Assembly: GCA_012295275.1 (NCBI GenBank)
Contig: CM022678.1
Span: 12,338,001-12,402,000, forward strand
DNA: 64,000 bases
DNA from: Chrysomallon squamiferum
Taxonomy: Eukaryota; Animalia; Mollusca
Reading direction: 5' to 3'
Positions 55,806 to 64,000 of this stretch are shown one piece after another (the stretch's first letter is position 1; every line of letters begins with the position of its first letter). A model generated the notes under the pieces. It saw only the letters and a program-made list of their open reading frames with translations, did not search any database and was not told the origin of the DNA. The translations under genes were made by a program, and so were the position numbers.

Positions 55806-58669
55806 AAATTAACACTATGCACTGTCACTGATTTTAGCTTATTTACAAAGATGGCATTCCATAGCAATGATGAATCTCAATTCCTCTTTCAGTGAGAAAA
55901 ATTAGAATAACCATGCACACACATCAATGATAAAAACAGTGCAAGCTGCTATGAAGTACAATGTGTACACTGGATGTTCTGATAATATTGACAATGCAGT
56001 CTCCTGGAGATCACAGTTTTCAAAATTCAAATTACATTTTGGACAGATCTTGTCTTGAAAGTGTTGTGCTTTCTCTGTGATGTAATAGCATTCTGGTACT
56101 TTAGTCAACCATTTCTGAAAATGGGTCTTACAGCATTTTTGACAGAAATTTTGGCAGCTTGAAACTGATGTCTAGGATCCTACAAAAAAATATAATATTC
56201 ATTAATAAACTAATTATAAAATAAAGGCAAGTAGTATTTTTGTTATCAGTTCTAATTGCATTTCACTGTCTTAGCAAGAAACATTTTACTCAACATTTTT
56301 ACTTTTTTATCCAATTTTAATAATAAAAACAAGTTATTAAATGTTTTTATATTCTTAATTTCATTCAGTTTAATTTTATTTTTTTATTTTTAATTAAAAG
56401 GATTAAAAGAGCAATACATCAGTAAGAGAGTTTATAAAAATATGTTTTAATATATTTGGTAAACTTTGGTCCTCTAATACTGATTCCACTTGAAATTCTA
56501 ACATGATGAAAATACATTTGAGATTATTCTGACAATCTTTAATTAACCTTTAACAATCATGATAAGATACATCATTAATAACAACTTATTTGATTAATTA
56601 AAATATTTAATTATAATTTAATTTTTGCTGCTAATGAAATATATTTTGTCTTATAAATAATGACGTTTATCAGTCAGCTAATAGTTACAATAATGAATCA
56701 TTTAGGTATATTTCAAAATCTATTTAAAACAAAGACAACATTACACATGCATGTGAAAAATTAGCAAAACAATCCAAATCTTTCAAGCCAATTTATGCAT
56801 CTGTACCTTTCAAATCCAGCAAAATTACATCCATCTACCAAATTTCAAAATATTATAAATATCTTTAGCCCTACCACATGAAGTATTGAATGTAAGTATT
56901 TCAGATTAGAGAGAGATATTAATAAAAGCAAATTACAAATTTATACAGTTGTTCTGTTCACTATTCTATTAGGCTGGCATGCAAATTATTACAAGGTTTG
57001 AACCATTATTACATTGATTTGACTACTATCTGAACTAAATATCATGTAAAATATCAAGATCCTTTATGAAATATTTATATAAAATTGTCAATACTATTTT
57101 GTACATCAAAATAAATTGTCAAAATACATTTGATTAAATTCATTCTTAATGAATGAGCTATAAAAAGTGAATGAATAAAACATGCCCTTAGAGCAGCATT
57201 AGTCCACACATAGACATGGATCTTTCTGAACCTGGACCAAAAAAATTAAAATAAAGCAATAGTTATATAGATTATATTTTTAATTAAAAAAAAAAAAAGA
57301 AGCGAGGAAAGAAAAGAAAAACCACAAACGACCACAACAACAACAAAAACAAAAAAATACTAGAACTTCCAGCTTATTAGCTACTGTCAAAAATATTAAA
57401 TACTGATTATTTTTCACCTTAATTTTTATACAAGTATCATTATCTTTCTAAGTTAAAGAGGTGACACATGTGAATAGAAAAGAAAAGACAGTGTAAATGT
57501 ATCAACTCACTGTTTGATCTTTTTTGATTGATCGTTTAACATTTTCAACATGAGTAACCATTACTTCCATTGTACAACTGAGTCTCATCTCCTACCAAAA
57601 CACACAATATCTTTGTACTGACTTTTATGTGTAGAATTCTCTGGTTATTAATTATTATTACTTTTATATATAAATAAATAAAAAATAAAAAAATAAAAAA
57701 ATAAATAGAATGAATTTAAAAGACAGAGGAAAGATAGAGAAACTATTTTGCATAGAATTTTGTGAAAGACTGAAGAAATATTTAAAACTGAAATGAAATG
57801 GATACTCTATTTGAATACCTGCTGGACAGCACCAAATACTTCAACTGTACTGGAGAATTTGTTCCAAAATGTCAATTCAAATTTGTATTTTAGAAACAAT
57901 TTCTTGAATATTTGTATCCTTAACAAGCTGATTTAACTTCAGAAAATTCAGTTTAAATCCACAGTTCAGTAAATATATGTGATTAAAGATCTGGATGTAT
58001 TTCAGGAAATACTGACACTTCCTTGCTATTAAATGATTCAGCAAGAAACAATATAATTATAGTAAACTAAAAATTGAAATCTAACATTTTTAAAAATCTT
58101 TTGCTTTGTAATTTTTGTTCCTTTGTTTTTTAGTGAGATCTAATTATGTTATCAATTCAAATTATTTACTAAAAAATACTCTAAAGCTAGAGAGATAACA
58201 AACATGTCTAAAATAAAGATGAATTTGAATCGCATAATTAAAGTTAAAGTAGAATTTTTCATTCAGAAACACCTTCTACAAAATTAACATAGATCTGTTT
58301 TTCTTTATTAACTGATTTCACACATACCTCAACATCATTCCTTAAGCCATGTAGTTCTTGGTCCACATTCTTTTCTGCAATATCCCAAAACCTTTCTTGA
58401 ATCTCTCTTCTCTGCTCTAGAGTTAATTAATCTTGAAGGCCAGAAATAGACTTAGGAACTTAGTCTGTTTAAGATACCAAAAATAAACTGTAATATAAAT
58501 ATATATATATACACACAATTAAAAGCTAATGTAAAAACATTCAAGTGACATTACACTGAAAATAATAAAGTATGTTAATAAAATAATAAGCAGACATTAG
58601 TTTTGACATCATTTTGTAAACAGGAAACCTAATATTCCTGATAGACTGAGGATATGGCATAAGATTATA

Positions 58670-58716
<47 letters not shown>

Positions 58717-59285
58717 GGCTTTTTAAATTGGAAAACATCAGGCCTCTATCTATTTTCAGACTAAAATGAGTGAATATTGTCTAGTATAATAAGTTAAACA
58801 TAAACTTGGAAAAATATAATTATTACTGCATTTAATAAAAATTAAAAGCATACACCTCTCCAAAACAAAGAACCTACTCTAACTGAATAAATAATCTTTT
58901 TTCACATAAGTATTGTTTTCACTGTGAAATATCTGAAAGACATAAACTGTGATATCATTAATCTAATATCACAAATAAATCACATCTTTAAGTATAATTC
59001 TCAATAAATACAGAATAGAAATTTACTTACTTTGACTTCTTCATCTGATAAGTTGGTGAACTGAAATAAAAACACACAGTTGAGACAGCTGTCCTAATGG
59101 GCAAAAAAATCTGGATATTGGTGATATTTTGCTAGTTAAGGAAAATGATGGATGCAACATGAACTGCTGAACTCAAAAGGTGTTTCCTGAACTAATTTAA
59201 CTAATGTCAGCTCAGACTGACATAAGGAATTCCCCCCATAATATAAAAAGTCATCATAAATAAAATGCACATGCCTGAAAAACTC

Positions 59286-59490
59286 TACATGATTTAAATA
59301 CACATAACTGAAAACTAGGACTGAAGATATCATGTCATGTTACATGTAATTATACATGATTTAAATACACATAACTGAAAACAAGGACTGAAGATATCAT
59401 GTCATGTTACATGTAATTATACATGATTTAATACACATAACTGAAAACAAGGACTGAAGATATCATGTCATGTTATAGATAATTATACAT
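59286..59490. repeat. 67-bp tandem repeat x3, near identical
   Basis: TACATGATTTAAATACACATAACTGAAAAC(T/A)AGGACTGAAGATATCATGTCATGTTACATGTAATTA. Confidence 0.93.
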
Positions 59491-62400
59491 GTTTTAATCA
59501 GTTGTTTGTTCAAACCTGAATAGTGATATTCAGTATACACAGTGCAGACAAGATTACACACAATCAGATGACTGTAACCAAAAAACCCCAGGTAGAAATG
59601 CATTTAATACCACCTTGAAAATGAGTTACTGACTAAGGTATAATATCAAAAGTCCCACAATAAAGAACAACTGATTATTTTTGAGAACTGTTACTGAATC
59701 ACAACAATTTGCATAAATGGCAAGAACTTGGCAGAATGAACTAAACAATAATTACAATGACACATGATAACTATATCATAACAGTGCTTTTCTGTTCTAA
59801 TAACAAAATGTTAATGTCATTCTGCACTGGTTATGTGAATTCAGTCATTTTGACTTTTTGGAACACTTGGAACTGATTCTAAACATCTAATTTTGGATTT
59901 GAGTAAAAATATAAGTTAATAATCTGGCTACAACAATAAAATTATCCAGAACAATAATCTTTTAATCCCAAAAGATAAAGAGAATTCTAATTAATTAATA
60001 ATAATTAATTGCAAATGTTTTGAATGAGACAATATAATAAATTCATAATTTTTTTAATATATATTATGTTGTTTTCAGATATGAATCCTGAATGAAATAA
60101 TTCAGATAATCGTATGATACTGAAACACTGACAAGAAACTAATCACTTCTGTATCATCTCATATATAAAGTTTTGACTGATAGGAAACAGAGTTGTAAGG
60201 ATTTACAACTGCTTCTTCCTGATCAGTGGCAATTTATAACAAAATTATCCCTAACTTTATGGCTATGCATTTGGAAGGTACATTTTGTCAGGAATATCGT
60301 GGACATTTTATAAAACAGAATCAAAAAATGATGTACTGGTTTTTAAATAATTATTAAAAATTCAATTTTAGTTCATAAAAAAAAAAGAAGTAAAAAAATA
60401 AAATTAAAATAAAATAAATTTCCTCTCCCTGCAAAAATATAAATTAAAAATATTTAAAGATATCAAACAAACTACATAAGTATAAAATCTACTGATCTGT
60501 CTTGTGTCTGACTTACCTGAAAGGTCTTCCAAGCTGGTCAAGAAAAACCTGTGAAATGCTCAACATCGCAGGATCCAAAGTTTGTGCTGGTGGTATGATA
60601 GCTATATTTAAACAACTATCTTGTTTCATGAATGAGTCACCATTTCCTAATATTTGTTCAAGACCAGGCAATTTTGAGTATTTTGTACATACCCTTTTTT
60701 TAGCCAGATTTGTCTAAATAAATAAATATAGAATGAAAAATTAATAAAAATATTCTGGTTTAATTTTGTAATTTGATTAATTATAATTATGAATACACTG
60801 AAACAAACAAAAATGTTTAATAGCCAGCTGGACTTATATACTATTGGTTAGAATCATCCAGACTATTACAAAAAATAAGTGTACACCATTACAATCCAGT
60901 CTACTTTGTATGTAATAAGAGGATGATCCTGTAACCAGACCAAAGAACATAAACAAACATATCGTAATTACATTATTTATATTGACTTATCAAATAGTAA
61001 ATGTCTGTTCAAGGCTGAACATGTCATGCTTCATTTTCTTAGTCATAAGTTGGACTATTTTAATAATGGTTTGTTGGTAAGTGTTTCTTTCACTATACTG
61101 GGAAAATGAGATAGAAATATAGCAGACATTGGATATATGAAAGAATTTTCTCAATCTGACACCTATAAACTGAACTTAATATTACTGGCTTAACAAATGT
61201 ATTTTTTATCTATCCAAGACTAGGAACAAAATGAAGATAATGCTACATTATTTGCTTGATAGATAATTTTTGTCCCATTTTAACTTAACTTATTAATTTA
61301 GTTGTATTATTGCTTTATTTATTCTTTGCATTTTATTATTTTGTGGCTTTAATTGTTTAATTTTGAATTTTGTTTGTTCAAAATCAATCAGCTTGATTGT
61401 TAAATAAACTTAGTAAATTATAATAAATTCTGAATTCCAATTTATAATAATATTATACAGCCTGATTATCTGAAAGGCATGACATTACCAGCATTTCTGG
61501 TGTTTAACTCACAATGACAATTATACAAAATGTCATTCGTTACATTAATAATAATAATAATAATGTTGATAAAGGTACAACAATCTAGTTTGACTAAGCC
61601 AGTAGTAAAGGCCTATAATCTCAGATTTAACATTTATATTAGCTGTCATCACTACAATGCAGCCTGCCACTAAGCTACATTCTTGCCAGAAAGCTAATAT
61701 GCCATAACATCCAAATGGCTTCAGCCAGTATAACAGTATAACAAAAAATATTCAACTTTCAAGTGAAGGAAAATTGTGTACTTTGAGCATTAACTTTCAA
61801 AGTAAGATTAAAAATATTCTTTGAAGAGTCACTTTTGCAAATATGCCTACATATGTTACATTGAAATTCTACTTTGTTGAATGTTTTTTAATAAAGTGAT
61901 CAAACAAATCAATTCAAAGAGAAAATGAAAAACATCGTAACAGCTCAAAGCAGACAACTGAAGTTAAGAAGGTTCAAATTTGTCCACATATTCGGCTGAG
62001 ATGATGCAAATGGTCACAGTCAGATTTTACGATATTTGGCAGCAAGATTCGCTGATTTGTTTTATGATTTATAGAAACAAAAAAGGTCACTCAGATACTA
62101 TTTTTTTGGCAACAAAACATTTTTTTAACATCCCAGTCACCCAAACAGAACTTTGGTAGCATTTGGCGACTGGCCATTACATATTACGTATGTACTTAAA
62201 CACATTACTGTTATTTGTTATTATAAAACATACTGATACCACTGACTTCAGAACAGGTCCCTGCTTTATTGACTTCCTTTGACTGTCTAGTAACAGTATC
62301 AGATGAATTTGTCATCTTCAGGAGTTTTTTTTCTCAAAATCACCTGCAGAACCAAAAAGAGATTTATTTTCAGCTTGCACAATCAAGTTTGCAAAACAAG

Positions 62401-64000
62401 ATTACTTATTCAGCAATTTTGGAAGGAAAGCTGGATCAGCCACAATTAACTAACTCAAAATAGTTTCCAGTTTACAGTTTGTTTTATCTATATTCACTGA
62501 GTATATATCTCTCTTTTATTTCCTCTGTCATTTTGAACTTCTACAATGATCTAGCAGACTGTTCTGACAGGCATTATATCTCATAAACAAAAACAAATTT
62601 ATAAATAAAAAAAAAGAACGGCATTTAATCCCAAATCTAAACTGATTACTTCTGCTAGTTAGATTCTTCAATGGAATGAAGATCAGATCTATATCTATTA
62701 ATTTAAATGTTATGATATACATGCAGAGAAGTTTTGACTGCCAGTATTTAAAAAATTAAATATATAAAATAAAGTAAATATTAAAAAAAAAAATTAAAAA
62801 TGAAATATAAATATTCTAGTTAGAAAGATGACAAATATCTCTAAAATAAAGAAGAATTTTTCATCCTGAAACACCTTCAACAAAATTAACATAGATCTGT
62901 TTATTTTTATGAACTGATTTCACACATACCTCATTATTATTCCTTAAGCCACATAGTCCTTGTAAACTGTTTTGATTACTCCTAGTACAAATATAATCTA
63001 AAAAGAAATAAAACAATGCTAATGGAAGTATACTAAGTCACCTGCTGCTCAACTTCCAGGCTTTTGTCTTTGCAACTGTCACACACAGCCATCAGAGTTG
63101 TCTGCCAAGTGGTTTCATTTTAATATTTTTCTTTGCCTGGTTTTAGCATGTTCAAATTTTTCAAGTTTTTTCTCCCTGATATTTGACTGTTGAGATTGGT
63201 GACCTGGTGTAAGACTCTCCAACTTAAAATTCTTGTAGTCTGACGTGGTCATCTTCAATGTCCAGGTCACCAAAATTGAGCTCTTCATCAGCAGAACTTT
63301 CAGCAAGTCAGAGTAACATTGATGGGTGTGCACTAGTTTGAGTAAATAAATAAATAAATGAATAAAATACTGTATAAAATATAAAATAAATAAAATATGG
63401 CTAGTACTACATTTACTGCAACACTACATGCTACTTTTATTACAATCATTACTATAACTAAAATGTACTATTATTCTTTATTCAACTAGGATTAGTTATT
63501 GAAATAATACTCCTATTACTAAAATTACTATCCATTAATAATAAAACTGATATTTTTTGCTCTCTTTACTAATAGTCCTATGCCTGTATTTCTTTGTACT
63601 AATATTATTATAATTACTACAACAACAATATGACTACTGTTACAACTACTATCACTACTATCACTGCTGTTACACTACTCTTCTTGTTACATTTATCTGA
63701 AAACAACTACTATCACTACTGCTACTACTACTACCACAACAACCAGTTCTTTTTAATCATCATGAATCTCACAAGATACATTACTATTATAAAGCTATGG
63801 ATCAGTAAAACATCACCAAGATCAATTCTACATCATTATGCAACAAGTATTATTATTATTAATGCTACAAATACTAATGCTGTAACAACTACATTACTAC
63901 AACAATAGCAATGACTAATACTACTACTGTAACAACAACCTCTATAGATGCTCCTGTTCTACCATGTTCTTTGATGACATTTCTCTCCTGTGGTGAGCTC

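Larger units (their letters stand above)
54565..64000 (-). pseudogene. RNF213: RNF213/mysterin-like pseudogene copy B (N-terminal pieces, pre-AAA exons, RING exons); continues beyond the window end
   Basis: Exons in order: 60517-60713 (LDPAMLSISQVFLDQL), about 60.2 kb (YLP...NFVI), 58328-58490, about 57820-57880 (FWNKFSSTVEVF), 57510-57591 (MEVMVTHVENVKRSIKK), about 57186-57231 (KDPC.MC), 55847-56179 (DP...SCQNFCQKC...ICPKC...HPVYTLYFIAACTVFIIDV). This matches the RNF213 RING and the following F...CNSFFVDLV helix as I recall it. Confidence 0.7.

Noticed and set aside
61940-62180. Possible DNA-transposon end (ATTTGGCGACTGG)
   Set aside because: No partner TIR or TSD found.

Overview
AT-rich, microsatellite-dense eukaryotic DNA with spliceosomal introns. 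It is an invertebrate animal, and the gene families and repeats suggest a mollusc (inference). I can support only one intact protein-coding gene: a two-coding-exon RING / short coiled-coil / NHL-like beta-propeller (TRIM-like) gene at 7978-9703 (+). A frameshifted paralogue lies at 42687-44644. The rest looks like a birth-and-death graveyard of innate-immunity and ubiquitin genes, read by hand from splice-bounded, frameshifted exons. These are two collapsed RNF213/mysterin-like copies on the minus strand (about 17.1-27.8 kb with the RZ finger and C-terminus; about 54.6-64 kb with the RING), a CARD-like / ZU5-like / death-domain-like remnant (47.4-50.8 kb, -), a STAND-type winged-helix exon nested antisense inside a NIDO/EGF mucin-like pseudogene (28.7-36 kb), and a weak cullin-like fragment. 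Paired blocks about 32-40 kb apart indicate an old tandem segmental duplication. Mobile DNA comprises a Buster/Charlie-type hAT element carrying a nested 239-bp MITE with a perfect 8-bp TSD, L1/Tx1 and CR1/L2-like remnants, and a tRNA-like SINE remnant. Several minisatellites are present. All family assignments are from recalled motifs, not database searches.
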